DNA of 64,000 bases from Eledone cirrhosa (GCA_964016885.1 OZ024742.1:238204001-238268000), one strand, 5' to 3'; shown: positions 1 to 15,003, counted from the stretch's first letter. Numbers and translations: made by a program. Notes: a model not told the origin generated them from the letters alone.

Positions 1-194
1 TAGACTGAATCTGATGCTGTGATGTTGTGGCATTCAAGTCTTTTCCATGATCGATAAGATCGTTCATTGTTAAGCCAAGTGAAAAATAATAACAATAATA
101 CAATATTAACGATGGTGATAAATAGAAGTGGTACTAACATAGCCTGGTTCATCATAGAGGTGTATATGAAAGCATTTACGCTATATCTATGTAT

Positions 195-385
195 AATTGT
201 TTCTACTTTTGGCACAAGGCCAGCAATTACCCCAGCGCATTACTGCTGCTTTATTTTATCGACCCCGTAAGGATGAAAGGCAAAGTTAACCTCGGCGGGA
301 TTTGAACTTAGAACATAAAGGGCCATAACTCTATGCAGCAAAGCATGGTGTCTGACGCTCTACTGATACTACCAATCCGCCGCCC
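195..385 (-). mobile_element. tRNA-type SINE (window family S1)
   Basis: Reverse complement of the repeat ggcagtatcggtagagggtcg...gagttcaaatccc (B-box-like)...ggggtcgataaaataaagtacc...gccaaaagtagaaacaatt, which occurs about 10 times in the window. Confidence 0.8.
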
Positions 386-719
386 TTATCTGTGTATAAT
401 AAACATACGAAAGTTTCGTCAGGAATTCTTTTAAAGCTGTGATCATGCCACAGTATCACAGTAGTGGCGAGAATACCAGGCAGCTGTTTATGGAATTTTA
501 GCCATCATTGGTGACATTCATTCGTTCATAACTGAGACAAAATTAAGCTAAAGCCTAAATGATTTTTGTATTAATGATGTCACAAGTTCGTTTAGGTTTA
601 GAAATTTTATAAAACAATAATGACAGCGTAATTCGTTATGGAAGCTCTCGTTACCACAGGAAACAATTGAATGTCCCAACGTCACATTCACATAATATAA
701 TATTATTAAGCCAAGGATA

Positions 720-843
720 CGGTCTGAGTTCGAATCCCGCTGAGGTTAACTCTGCCTTTCAGCCTTACAGGGTCGATAAAATAAAGCACCAGTAATGCAC
801 TGAGATAATTGCTGGCCTTGTGCCAAAAGTAGAAACAATTATT
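720..843 (+). mobile_element. SINE S1, 5'-truncated
   Basis: gagttcgaatccc...gtcgataaaataaagcacc...gtagaaacaatt matches S1. Confidence 0.75.
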
Positions 844-1344
844 AAGCCAAGGAAAAAATATCAATATCTAACACATTTGTTTCTCACAAGAAATTAAAAG
901 AAAACATTGATTCACCATAAAAGATCTTGTGACCATGTGAAAAGCATGAACATCACAATCAGTGCTATTTAACCAATTTTGAAATAAATCCAATATTATT
1001 ATATTTAAGATTCTTAAAGAACTAACAACTTTTTTTTCGATTGAGATTTTTTTTTTTTTTTTTGCTAATTATAATTTAATTCAATATACCATGAAAGCTC
1101 TTATGAACATAGGAAATGCATGTATACCAAAACATATTCAGAGAAAAATAGATAGTGTTAGTCCAAGTGTAAAATTATCTAATATTACTCTAATAATCTT
1201 AATGATCTAACGGTTTTGTTTAGATTGGGAAATTGGACGCAGTTTGGCAGAATTGTTAAGAATTTTTAAGAATTGTTAAGAATTGTTAAGAATTGTTAAG
1301 AAGTTCGCTTTGCAATCATTAGATCCCTGTTTAGAACCGTAAGA

Positions 1345-3060
1345 GAATGCCTCTGTCATAATAATGGAAAGCATGGCAACAAAAAATGGAGAAAGGCGTA
1401 GGAGCAGGAATATCACCTTGTTTTACCTCGTTGTCAATTGGGATTTCCCCAGATAGTTTATCGTTGAAGCTTTCATAATTCTGTGCAGCTGCTTTAGTAT
1501 ACTCACAAACTTGGGTGGATATCTTACTTTTCCAAGTATTATCCAGAGTGCATCTCTGTTAACTGTGTCAAAAGCCTTCATTAGGTCGACAAAGACTGGA
1601 TATAGAGGGTCACACTGCTCAATACATTTTAGAGAAAATCATGCCAACTGTTCCCCTTCCTCCTCTAAAAACACTCTATAATTCTGGGATAGCTATAGGA
1701 TAGATACCCTCCTCCAGTTTATTGGGCAAAAGTCTTGCGATACCCTTGCCAACAACTTCCAACAAAGTGATACCACAGTGGTTGCCACATATCGATTTTT
1801 CGCCTAATGATAACCAAATACTGTTGATCCAGTCCTGCGGAACGGGTTCCCATTCCAGCAATCAGTGATGAAGTTGTTTATCGCTTCCATTACATTATCA
1901 CTACCGACTTTCAGCAGTTCGACTGGGATACCATCAGGACCTGGTGCCTTTCCAGAGTTGACCTGCTTGACTACCAGCTTTATTTCATCAGCAGACAGAA
2001 GTCAAACCATAGGGAACACTGTTTCACAATGAGGAGGGCCTTCGATCACTCCAAAATTGACCGCTGAGGGGTTATCAAACAGGTCAGTAAAGTGTTCCTC
2101 CCAACGCTGAAGGATTTATATTTGATGGCTCTTTGATGATGATATTAGCATCGTCTTTAGATCTCAGAAGAGTTACTGAGGATCTTGGTGGGCCGAAGAC
2201 TTGGCGTATTAATGCGTATCAATGAGTAAAATTACTTCGAATCTTTGGTGTTAAAAATCTGTTGGATTTCCGAAGAGATATTACTCCACCACTCATTTTG
2301 CATCCTGTGCAGTTCGCTTTGCAGTATTGCCTTGTGATATTTGTAGGTTTTTCTGACAGCTGGTTGTACTACGAGATTCTGATTCAGAAGCATTTCATAG
2401 AGAGTATGCTTGATTTTCAGTAGCTGATTGATATTAGGACAGTTATCATCGAACCAGTCCTGGTGTTTCTTGGTTCTGAAGCCAAGTACCTCAGTTCCCA
2501 CTGAGTAAACTTGATTTCTAAAGTTTTCCCACTTGCCATCAAAATCAAGACTATCAAGGCATCTGCTTGCCCCAGTTTGGTGACATCAATGCGTTTCGGT
2601 GCCTTCACTTCACTCATAAGAATTCTTTTGCGGATACATGATGGCTGCAAACTCTGCTTAAGATTACTGCAATCGCTTGTCTGATTACCAGCCACACGAA
2701 CCTGTAACATATCCTGAACAAGCAATGTCTGTGCTTCGAAGGTTTTTTAAGTGGGGAAAGGCCTTGCATTTGACCAATCCCACTCTCTCAGCATCGAAAA
2801 CACTACCCAAAAAGGAGAAATGATCATCATCGGATGCTTCCGAAGCCAGAGGTTGTTTTTTTTTCAGAGTTTCCTTCTCCTAGAAAGATGTTGTGATAAC
2901 AACTGGGGGACTTTCACTCCCAGGTGAAAAAAAAGTACTATTTGGATCACCGTTAACTCTGCTGAGTTCCTCCGCCCTTTGCTGAGTCTTGTATTTCATC
3001 CGACAGGGTGTCCAAATATCACCCTCCCCACCATTTCCAGTGATTTTCAGCATGGCCCAG
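1345..3060 (-). pseudogene. Degenerate RTE-clade LINE with RT remnants and 5' UTR
   Basis: Minus-strand peptides KHQDWFDDNC, GKAPGPDGIPVELLK, YPVFVDLMKAFDTVNR, VKQGDIPAPTPFSIF with many frameshifts; ctaggagaaggaaactctg motif near 2865-2885. Confidence 0.8.
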
Positions 3061-3964
3061 TGTGTAGGAGAAAACTACTCTTTTGAGTCACATTTTTCCA
3101 CGCTGAACGGACTCCATCAACGTGTAAAATAAAGTTTTGCTCAATAACACAACGCACCGATCGTGAACTAGACGGACTAACAACTAAGCCACGCGCCTTT
3201 ACTTTATATTGCGGAATCTTAAATATATTCTGTGGTTTTTTTAAATGTGTGGATGGTACTGACAGCTAGCTTCCAGTGGCATGTAAAGTGTGAGGAGAAT
3301 GTGATAAACATATCTATCTGGTTAGTGTATGTACAATGAATAAAACGTAAATATCAGCAAAAGATACCATCATTACTCTAATGAAAGGAATCTGGGCAGT
3401 GTGAGAGAACGTTGTCTGGCGTGTAGAACACCAAACGCATAATACTTTATATATTTTTTTCTGGTTTTATTATTTCTTTTATTTCTCACCAATAGAGAGA
3501 AAAAGAGACAGTTGCTAACCCAGAAACAATGATTTTTTTTTATTGGAATTTAGTCGAGACTTAACTAGGTAATTATTTATGTTTGTCTTCATGTGGGTAT
3601 GTGTGTTGGTATGGATGCCATGTATACTGTGAATTATATATGCACATGTGCATGCCTTTCTATACCTATACGTGCTTAGATGTAGTATTATATATATGTA
3701 CGTATGTATGTATATATCTATGAATGTATATATGTTCTTCTGGTTTTATAATTTCACAAATTTTTACCAATAGAGAGAGAGTCGGTTTCTAACATAGTTA
3801 CAAGACTCTCTCATAGGAATTTACATAACATCAACTAGGTAGATATATATGCATTTCTGCGTGCATCCATTTGTGTGCTGGTATGGATGTTATACTATGT
3901 GTGGATGTTTTGAGTTATATGCGTGCATGTGTATATGCTTAGTATCTGTACATGTGTACAGTTA

Positions 3965-4360
3965 TTAGATGCAGAATTTTGGAATGTTTTACATATTTTT
4001 AATGTTCCATTAATGGATTGTACTGGTAATTTCCTAACTAGTCGTGTTCTTTCTGTTTCTGTGAAGCCCAGCTTCTCAAGATTTGTACTAAGGCAGTTAC
4101 TAACATATCCCAGTGTCCCAATAATCACAGGTATACATCTGAAGGTATAGTCAGGGTGGAGTATTTGCAGATTTCTTATTAGTTCTGCATAGATATTCTC
4201 CTTTCGCTAATCTTTAATATTATATTAGCATCTGCTGGGCAGCTAGCTTCCACTACTGCGCATGCCTGCTTTTCGCTGTCCCATATCATTATATCTGGTC
4301 GGTTATGCTTGCATTTTATTGGGGTTTTTACTGGATCATTCCACCAGTACTCTTTCATAT
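3965..4360 (-). pseudogene. R4/Dong-like non-LTR retrotransposon, restriction-like endonuclease C-terminal fragment
   Basis: YWWNDPVKT..HNRPDIMIWD..VVEASCPAD..K then, after a frameshift, IPVIIGTLG..LEKLG..GTLKICKTF: RLE PD-(D/E)xK motif and typical C-terminus; next to (TAGG)n. Confidence 0.75.
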
Positions 4361-4440
4361 GATGTATGGATGTATATATGTAGGTAGGTAGGTAGGTAGG
4401 TAGGTAGGTAGGTAGGTAGGTAGGTATGCTCGGATCGAAA

Positions 4441-4700
4441 GGCACATGGCTTAGTGGTTAGGAGGGTTCAGCTCGGGGTCGTAAGGTCATGAATTTGATT
4501 TGTGGCATCGTATTGTGTTCTTGATCAAGAGATTTTATTTGACGTTGGCTCCAGTCCATTCAGCTGGCAAAAAAAATAATTGTACCTATATTTAAAGGGA
4601 TAGTCTTGTCACACACTGTGTTAGGCTGAATCCCCCTGAGAACAAGAATAAAGTGTTCCGTTGATCGAACACCTATTACACTTGACAGACCTCACATAAG
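4441..4700 (+). mobile_element. tRNA-type SINE (window family S2)
   Basis: A-box-like tggcttagtgg head; body similar to copies near 23130, 24775 and 56075. Confidence 0.6.
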
Positions 4701-4837
4701 TTGACACATGCACATGTATATATGTATGCGTGAAAGTATGTGTGTATGTGTGAATGTATGTGTGTATGTGTATGTATGTATGTGTTTGTATGTATGTGTT
4801 TGTATGTATGTATGTATGTATGTATGTATGTATGTCA

Positions 4838-5909
4838 GGTCACCAGTTGGTGCTACTGGTAACATGTATCCAAGTACAACCTGTCTCATGGTCGGGTCGT
4901 TGGCAACTAAACTGGCAACCCCACCAAGGTTTCTTGGTGAGGAGGGTGACTTTGGACATCCTGCAGGACTAAAAACAAAACCTGTCAAAGGGCAAAGGAG
5001 CTCTTAAGAGTCAATGGCCATCCAAAATCACCGGGAGAGATGACCCCTTAGCCTTTGTAAAGGCAGAATTCTAGGAGAAGGAAAACTCTGATATAACACC
5101 TGCAACCCTGATGGTATCCAATGATGTTGACTTGTTCTTATTTTTGGTAAATATCATCTTGGTTAAGAGAGTGGGACTGGCTTTGTGCAGTGCCTTTGCT
5201 CACTATAAAAGCTTCACGGCACAGGCATTGCTTTATATCTGGAGATCTCTCTGCACTTGTCATCACATGGTACCATGGGCCCAGCACTATGTGTCAATAA
5301 TTGTCACAAGTGTAGTGTTTGTACCAGAGTTTTCAAGTCGCTGGCTGGACTAAAAAGTCACACTCGTTCAGCGCATCGCTAGGGGTTCTCTTACATGGAT
5401 ATAAAGTAGTGGCCGTACTCGAAAACGAGTTGGCAGCCACCATGTATATATATTATATGTATGTATATATATCAAAGGGCAAAGGAGCTCTTAAGAGTCA
5501 ATGGTCATCCAAAATCACCGGGAGAGATGACCCCTTAGCATTTGTCAAGGCAGAATTCTAGGAGAAGGAAAACTCTGATATAACACCTGCAACCCTGATG
5601 GTATCCAATGATGTTGACTTGTTCTTATTTTTGGTAAATATCATCTTGGTTAAGAGAGTGGGACTGGCTTTGTGCAGTGCCTTTGCTCACTATAAAAGCT
5701 TCACGGCACAGGCATTGCTTTATATCTGGAGATCTCTCTGCACTTGTCGTCACATGGTACCATGGGCCCAGCACTATGTGTCAATAATTGTCACAAGTGT
5801 AGTGTTTGTACCAGAGTTTTCAAGTCGCTCGTTCAGCGCATCGGTAGGGATTCTCCTACATGGGTATAAAGTAGTGGCCGTACTCGAAAACGAGTTTGCA
5901 GCCACCATA
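4838..5909 (+). mobile_element. Non-coding RTE-5'UTR-related element with ~487-bp tandem duplication
   Basis: 4986-5442 is repeated at 5472-5909; both contain tctaggagaaggaaaactctga, shared with the 5' end of the RTE at ~2870; bounded by (TATG)n. Confidence 0.6.
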
Positions 5910-6249
5910 TAGGAATGTATGTATATAGGAATATGCTAATCATATCTATCTATAAAACAAAATGAAACTATATATTCGTTCGATTTAATCAGCTTCGTTT
6001 CTCACAATGCAGAATTAGCTGATAATAAATTCTTCCCATATAAAAATACTTTTACGAAGAAATAATAAAGATTGTTTGTATATATTTTATTATTTTACCT
6101 TCGTCTATCAACCCGTGTATAATACGCCATGTTTGAACTTACCGGAAGTTACTGTCAGACGTCAAGAATCTTTATTGGTGAAACACAGGAAATTAATGTC
6201 CATCCAAACAAGCGTAAACAGACATTGCAATTGATGAACAGTTGAAGGA

Positions 6250-7059
6250 ACTCCATATGGAGCATTTGTGTGAATGAGAGAGATAAGCTGTAAAAAAATT
6301 GTTATACGATTGCTGTCGAAAATGTATTCGACCTTAGGCTGAGAAAACTTCGAAGGAGGCCACTTCTGCCTCCAAACATTTAACACAGCAATCCTTCCAC
6401 TGTTCGAAGCACGTCTCAAATGCTTCTTCCGGAATGGCTCTCAGCTGTCAATGCCGGAGCCTTTCAGTGACATGTTCGTTTTGGGGAACAACCAGAAGTT
6501 ATAAGGTGTCATGTCTGGAATGTAAGGAACCTAGATATGAGCGAAATATTTTTCTTCGCCTAGAAAACTTGGATTAACTTCAACGAATGGGTTAGAGCGT
6601 TGTCATGATACAGCTACCAGTTTTACGAGGCCCACATATCCTGTCTCTTGGGTCTAACTGCATCACTAAGAGTCGGAGGAATTTCTAATAATACTTCTTG
6701 ATACGTCCGTATTCTTGATGCACAATACTTTGGTAGTCGAGGAAAACTGTTAGCCTCAGATTGATTTTTCCAGTACTTAACTTACTTTTTGGGTGCACAG
6801 TGACCCTGAATGCTTCCATTGTACTGGTAATTTCCTAACTAGTCACGTTCTTTCTCCGGTTATCAGGTTACTCATGATCAATGTTGGCAGTATTGGGTGA
6901 AATAAACATGCCTGACAGCGACTGACGCATCCAACAGTTCACTGAAAATCCATTTGCGCATGAATGTATGCGGCTTCACTCTACATACATGTATCTACTT
7001 GGCATCATTACTTCCCATGACTAAAAATAGAGTCGGATAGTTTTTCGACGGAACGCGTA
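6250..7059 (-). pseudogene. Old mariner transposon relic
   Basis: Minus strand near 6483-6527 reads PYIPDMTPYNFWLFP, a degenerate YSPDLAPxDF motif; TIR-like end ...ggatagtttttcgacggaacgcg-TA. Confidence 0.6.
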
Positions 7060-7708
7060 TTAGATTGTTATATTATCAAAAGTTTCTATGAATCCATAAA
7101 ATTGTTTCTATTATTTCTTCATCAATTAAATTATCTGCCCTTGGTCATTCTGCAGATTACTCATGCGTGTTAATACTTAACAGTACAGTCACAAGGTCAA
7201 AGAAAGGTTATTCATTCTACACGAACAACAATGTATTAATTATAAAGAAAAATAATAATAGTGTAAAATCGTGTTTTTTTCTATTCATTCTATCACTTGG
7301 ATTGCAGTATTTTCCCCAGCTTTGGTATAATTCATTCTTTTTTAATTTAATAAAGAAGACTATGGAAAATATGACTGTATGATTGTTTATATATCCGGTA
7401 ATCCTGCAATCCATAGCATACCAAAAATGATATACATGGAAAGGATTAAAGATGAGAATGATATATTGATAATTTATTTCTAGGATATAATTATATAAAT
7501 GTTCAGTTTATATGTACATGTGGCGTACAGAATTAAATGTATGAGCAACTTTGGGACACTAACTATTTGCAGAAACAAGCGACGGTCAAGAGCCCTATAC
7601 GTGGTGGCGGGAAAGCAAACATTTTATTGTAGTATTATGACTGCGAGAGAGGTTGCCTTTTGTGTGTTTATGTATGAGTTTGTATGTAAATTTTAAATAG
7701 TTATAGAG

Positions 7709-7743
<35 letters not shown>

Positions 7744-7744
<1 letters not shown>

Positions 7745-9045
7745 GAGGTGTGTCAGAAAAGTTCCAGGACTGATGTCACAAAAGATTTATTTCAAACCCA
7801 AACTTCACACTAAGAGTTTTCTCCTTCAAAGTAATCCCCCTGGAGTCTAATGCACTTTTCAATCCTTTTCTGCCACGCTTGCATGCACTCCTGGAAGGAT
7901 TCTTCCGGGATCCTCCGCAGTTCCGTCGTCACGGCCTTTTTGATGTTGTCCGCGTCTTCAAAACGGATCCCCTTGAGTTTGGGGAATAGGGAAAAAATCG
8001 CACGGAGCGAGGTCGGGGGATTAGGGAAGTTACTCCAGCACGGCGATGTTGTTCTCGGCCTGGAACTGTCGGATGCTCAAGGCATTGTGAGCAGGCGCGT
8101 TGTCATGGTGAAGCAGCCACGAGTTGTCCTGCCACAACTCTCGCCTCTTCTCACGCACTGAACGAAGCAAACGCTGCAGTATCTCTTTGTAGACATGTTG
8201 GGATGATCGTCTGGCCCTGTGGCAAGAACTCGCAGTGGACGATCCCTCTCACACCGAAGAATGTGATCAACATGACCTTGACTGTGGACTTCGACTTTCG
8301 TGCTTTCTTCGGCCTTGGCGACGGCGAACTCTTCCACTGAAGGCTCTGGAGTTTCGTTTCCGAGTCCTACTCGAAGATCCATGACTCATCACCGGTGATG
8401 ACTGTCCCTGGCAAGTCTGGTTCGGATTCAAGACGCTCGAGGATATCCTGGCACACTTGCATTCGTCGACGCTTCTGGTCATCGTTCAGCAGTTTTGGCA
8501 CCATCTTCGCGCAGACTTTCCGCATGTCCAAATCTTCAGTGAGAATCTTCCAGACGCTGTCCCGATTCATGCCCAGCTCATTTGCCATCAGTCGAACAGT
8601 CAGCCGACGATCGCTACGCACCATCTGACTGACGCGCTCAACGTTGACCTCAGTCCTGGTTGTTGAGGGCGTTCCGCTCCTGGGGTCATCTTCCACGTCC
8701 TCGCGTCCTTCTTTAAACCTCTTGCACCACTCAAAAACACGTGAACGTGACATCGTCTCATCTCCATACACTTGCTGCAGCAATCCCAGTGCTTCTGACG
8801 GAGTTTTCCCCAACCGTACCAGAAACTTAAAGTTTGTTCGTTGCTCTGTGCTCATTGCTTGACGACCTGAAAGAGAGGACATGTATATAAAATTATGAAG
8901 AAAAAAGTTTGATCGCTGCAGAGAGCTAAGATTACAGTTACATACTCCAGGGGGATTACTTTGAAGGAGAAAACTCTTAGTGTGAAGTTTGGGTTTGAAA
9001 TAAATCTTTTGTGACATCAGTCCTGGAACTTTTCTGACACACCTC

Positions 9046-9046
<1 letters not shown>
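7744..9046 (-). mobile_element. Mariner (Tc1/mariner) DNA transposon, full length, ~100-bp TIRs, in (TA)n
   Basis: TIR cgaggtgtgtcagaaaagttccagg... at both ends, flanked by TA. Confidence 0.95.
7810..8855 (-). pseudogene. Mariner transposase, disrupted
   Basis: MSTEQRTNFK...DDPRSG...KVCAKMVPK...ITGDESWIFE* (premature stop at 8367); later HHDNAP, PDLAPCDF and C-terminal GDYFE motifs across frameshifts. Confidence 0.9.
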
Positions 9047-9096
<50 letters not shown>

Positions 9097-9559
9097 CATT
9101 GTAAAACACCACCCGCCAGACGCCCCACACTCATAGGATGCATACCACATAACCCCAAAAGTCGCAAACCACAAAGCCCACACGACAGAACCCCGCCCAC
9201 AAATCACATTGCCAGCGGGGACCATCATGCAGCAAGATCAAATAGACTAGGGCAGGCCAAAGAACTGGCGAATAGAGAAAACAATACCAATAACCAACCG
9301 GTGGCAACCCGCAAGCAAAACAGCCGACCCCACCGGGAAACAAATACTAACGCGACAATACAACCAGACAACAGAGGCTCCGGGAGACACAACGGTGGAA
9401 AAGCAATGAAGTGTGCCCATGAACACAACGAAGTCGATAACAGTCGAGGAGCAGGCAGAAGCTTCAAAACGAGAACACAACAAACCGTGAAGTGGGGGAA
9501 AACTGCCGTACCACCCGATTGCTATAGCTCAACATTGCGCCACCCCCACCAATGGCCAG

Positions 9560-9845
9560 GATCTCCTTCTCGAGGTTCTTAAGTATATAAATACCCACTA
9601 GGTCGGTGGCTTGGGCCGTGTCACTAGATCCCATAGTGACGTCGAAGTTGTTCAGCCAATCCTTCCTTCTCCATAGCTTTCCTTCAAATTCTGTTAGGAT
9701 TTTCGTATCGGTATGTATAAGGTTATTGAACAACATAATCACTTCGGTGGTATGGGACCATTGTTGGATTTTAATTATTCTCCTGGGCGTTGGTAAAATC
9801 CTATCCAGGATCCCTTTGCTGATTTTCCGATTGTCAGAGGTGGAC
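9560..9845 (-). pseudogene. Penelope-like element RT fragment
   Basis: NFDVTMGSSDTAQATDLVGIYIL resembles the PLE RT motif FDVTMGSxDxAEVxxLVG; similar fragments near 42.9, 54.5 and 62.6 kb. Confidence 0.7.
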
Positions 9846-10079
9846 GGTACAATGAGTCTGACGGGTAGGTCATTTGTGTAGTTCTACTTGTGATCTTTAT
9901 GATCATATATCATATATGATGCGTATGTATGTGTATGTGTATGTGTGTGTCTGTGTGTGTGTATACATATATTTATATTTATGCATATATCTATAACTAA
10001 ATGTGTATATAGATGTGTGTCAATATATCATTTACCTATTCACATACATATATGTTTGTATATATGTATGTATATATAC

Positions 10080-11160
<1,081 letters not shown>

Positions 11161-11315
11161 AATACTCCTCATTTGGAACTAATTTAAGCTATATCTTGAT
11201 AAATCGGAAAACAAATCTGAGAAGATAATGTGCTTGTATGATATCTAAGCATGTGTGTATGCGAATATGTTAAGTTCCTGTATTTGCATATATATTCGTG
11301 CGTGTAAGTATGTAC

Positions 11316-11513
<198 letters not shown>

Positions 11514-11616
11514 ATAATAAGGGTTTAGATCGATATCCAGTGATTTTGATCTCGTTGTTTACAATTTGCTCAAAAAAATTCCTTTGGAACACACACAGAG
11601 GATTAATTGTAATATC

Positions 11617-11656
<40 letters not shown>

Positions 11657-14600
11657 CTCAATCGTCTGCGTGTGCTCCAAAGGAATTTGTATATATATAC
11701 ATATATATATATGTATACACATATATATATGTGTGTGTGTGTATGTATGATGTGACTCTACCTATGTCTGTTTGCATATGTACCTGTATATATGTGCATA
11801 TGTATATTCAAATGCACGTGTGTGTGTAAAGATGGCTGCAGTTTAATGGTTAGGTTGAGCTCCCATTCGTTGGTAAACGGCACAAAGTCTTTAAGCCCTG
11901 ATGGATTCGTGGGGATACTGTCCTGAGATGCGTCGTGACTTGGGCATTTTATACCTGGCAGAGACCCTCCTTCTCCAGGTTTGAAAACAGTTGATTTCTT
12001 CCAGAGAAAGAGGAAGAATCAATTCCAGTACTTAACTATTACTTTATTTTTGGACTTCGAAAGGATGAATGGCAAATTTGACCTCAGCGATATTCGAACT
12101 CAGAGCTAAGAGCCAAAACGAGCGCCACACCGTATCCTATCCATCTTTCTAACGACTCTACCAATTCGCTACTTCCATAAACATAGATGGGGGAGTTGAA
12201 ATATGTTTTAACTGTGTGTACAATAATAATTAGAAACCTTATAATTCTGAGTTCCTTTAGTATAGTTGTATTTATATAATATTTAATATTTAATCTGACG
12301 TCTCAACTACTCTGCTGACTCGCCAACTTTCACGATCGTAAGGGTATCTAAATCGTATGATTATCAAATTAATAATAGTTCTGTTGTTGTCTCTATGTCT
12401 GTTGTTTACTAAAGCTTTTAATGCAGCTTATGTGAGTGTTGATCACTAAAGCTTTTTACTGTTGGTTCTCTGTATTTTGACTACTAAAGCTTTTAGTGCT
12501 GGCTATCAAATCTTTAAGTGCGATTCGCTGTGTGTTGATTACTAAAGCTACTACTGCTAGTTCTGTGTGTGTTGGTTATTAGAGCTTCTAGGATCGATCC
12601 TGTGTGTGTTTGATACTAAAGCAATGCTCTGACACAATTTGTTTAAAATTGAAAACATATCCCTTTGTGTTTATCAAGTTGAATATCTTTATCTGGTGTC
12701 TTTAATATTTTTGTATTAATGGCAGGCATGGATTCTTAACTCCATATGGCGTCGTACAGACGTCGTGATTACGTGCGGGAATCGTGTTGCGTATTTAATC
12801 CTGGTGGAACCAATATATCTCTAGAACGTACCGCAGCCAATTTCTCCCACTTTACCACAGCCTAACCCCACCACCATGCCTACTCCTTGTCACACTACTA
12901 TGCATGTCCCAAACCCCACTGCCACGCAACACATTTGTATGTATTCTGTGCTTCTTTCTATATTGAAATTGTTTAATAAAATAATTAGGTGAATATCAGA
13001 TAATAAATTATCTTCAGTTGCGTATTCTGTTCTTTCCTTTAATTAATTATAAGTTTTTCTCTCGTCTTAACAATCGATATCTTCAGACAGTGAAGAAACC
13101 TAATGTGCCACCTCCTTAAAAGATCGATCAATCAAACATATTTTTAATCACAAGAATCTCCATTTAACACTCAATGATTAGACGAAATAGATTTAGCCTA
13201 AAAGCATTTTCATGAATTTTATGAATATGATTTCATTTTTATATCAAAAGTGTTGACATAGATGGAGAATTGTGAAAGGTATTAAGAGTCTAAGGTGGGG
13301 TTTTGGTAGAGTCATTAAATTAACATTCAAGTGACTGAACATTCCACATGTGTACCTTCAACCCTTTAACATACTGATAAAATAAAATATCTTGATCAAG
13401 GACCCAATGCGCTGCCGGATATCTGCTTTCCGATCGTGAGCCAAACAATCTAAGCTCTAAGCCACGTTCTTTCTCAGTTATTAATATAAATGATAGGCAA
13501 AAAACTAACTCAACAGTATCATCAGTAATTTATCAGAGTTATTGCAATCAAAAGAATTTCTAATTTGTCTGTTAATGGTTTCAACAACGAGCTAAGATAT
13601 ATGTGGTTAGTAATTGAGACTCAAATATCTCGTATCAATTATATCTGCAACTTCAAACAGCTTCATTTCAACCCCCTGTATTGAGTGAGCAAATTTATCG
13701 ATCTAATAATTCAAACATTCATCATCATCATGAACATCATTCTCAACCATTATCTGTCGACTTCAAGGCAAAGACTCCAACCATCATCATAATCATCATT
13801 ATCATTATCATCCTCACCATCATTTTTAGTCATGATCTTCCCATTGCAAGGCGAAAGCCTCCCTAAGCGCCAATTGTTCTTATTCTGTATCGGTCTCCAT
13901 GTGATGCCTATGATTTTATCGACATAGTCTCTCTATCTCGTTCGGTTTTCTACGGTTACGTAAACTTGTCCGCCCTGGTCTCCATTGTGTACACAACTTT
14001 GTCCAACAGTTGTCCTCGGTTTTTTCCCTGTTCTCTGCTCATTTTCATTTTGTTTTTCTTAATTTGTTTTATGGTGGCTTTTAGTTTTCAAATGTTATGC
14101 CTTGTCAAAAGTTGAAATTACATCTCTAGACGCAGACATAGATTTGTAGTTAATAAGTTCGCTTCGCAATCACATGGTTCTGAGTCCAGTCCCACTGCAC
14201 GTTACCTTAGTCTTCTACAATAGCCTTGGGCTAGTTAATGCAATTGGATGAGCATTTCACAGACACGTGTAACCTTAAGAATTTTCATGGAGATTCAGCA
14301 TGACACTTTGTGTGACAAGACTGATCCTTTGCGTTGCATGTAAAGTCCATTCACAGGGCTTCAAAATAGTTTCTGCCAACCCAATTTCACTCACGAGGCT
14401 TCGACTAGCCCTAAACTATGGTTAAATAAACTTGCACTACATGCCACGTGGTGTGTTCGAACTCCAGGACTTAAGATCGCGTAGCGAGCTTCTTCACCAT
14501 TCGCCCATGCTGTGTCTTCAACGTCTTCTACAAACTTCATTATATACATTACTGTACATAACTGATATAACTTCTTCCATTATCTGAGCTATGTTACAGT

Positions 14601-14729
14601 CTGTAATTTTAATTGATAAACATCAACGTTTAGACAACTCTCTTGATTTAACTAATTTCCAGTCATCTCATGACTACCGTAACGGTACCACATATATATA
14701 CGTGTGCTTGTGCATCTATCTATCTAGAA

Positions 14730-14915
14730 GTTGAGGGTTATTCTATCGAGGGGGTATTAAACAACCCATTTGTGGCGTCTATCCCCTATTGGGGATTTCG
14801 ATTGTTATAATTGTTTGTTTTATATTTTTTTTTTACACGACTGAATGTAAAATCTCCGGCATGTGTCTTTGTATTGTCCCCTTTTCTTGTGCGCCCTTGT
14901 GGCAAATAAAGGAAT
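14730..14915 (+). mobile_element. 3' UTR remnant of a Tx1-like element related to the adjacent LINE
   Basis: ttgtccccttttcttgtgcgcccttgtggcaaataaa resembles the 3' end of the 15379-20996 element (ttgtcccactttttgatgccctggtggcaaataaa); followed by a TC/TTTC tract. Confidence 0.55.
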
Positions 14916-15003
14916 ATATCTATATTTCTTTCTTCTTTTCTTTCTTTCTTTCTTTCTTCTTTCCTTTCGTTCTTTCTTTCTTTCTTTCTTTCTGTCTACT
15001 CCT

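Noticed and set aside
3740-3840. Hammerhead-like GAAAcc...ggTA on the minus strand
   Set aside because: No acceptable CUGANGA/UUGANAA core or stem I.
4838-4985. Possible HDV-like ribozyme at the 5' end of the RTE-related element
   Set aside because: A P1-like pairing (ggtcacc/ggtgact) exists, but I could not place P3/L3/P1.1 consistently by eye.
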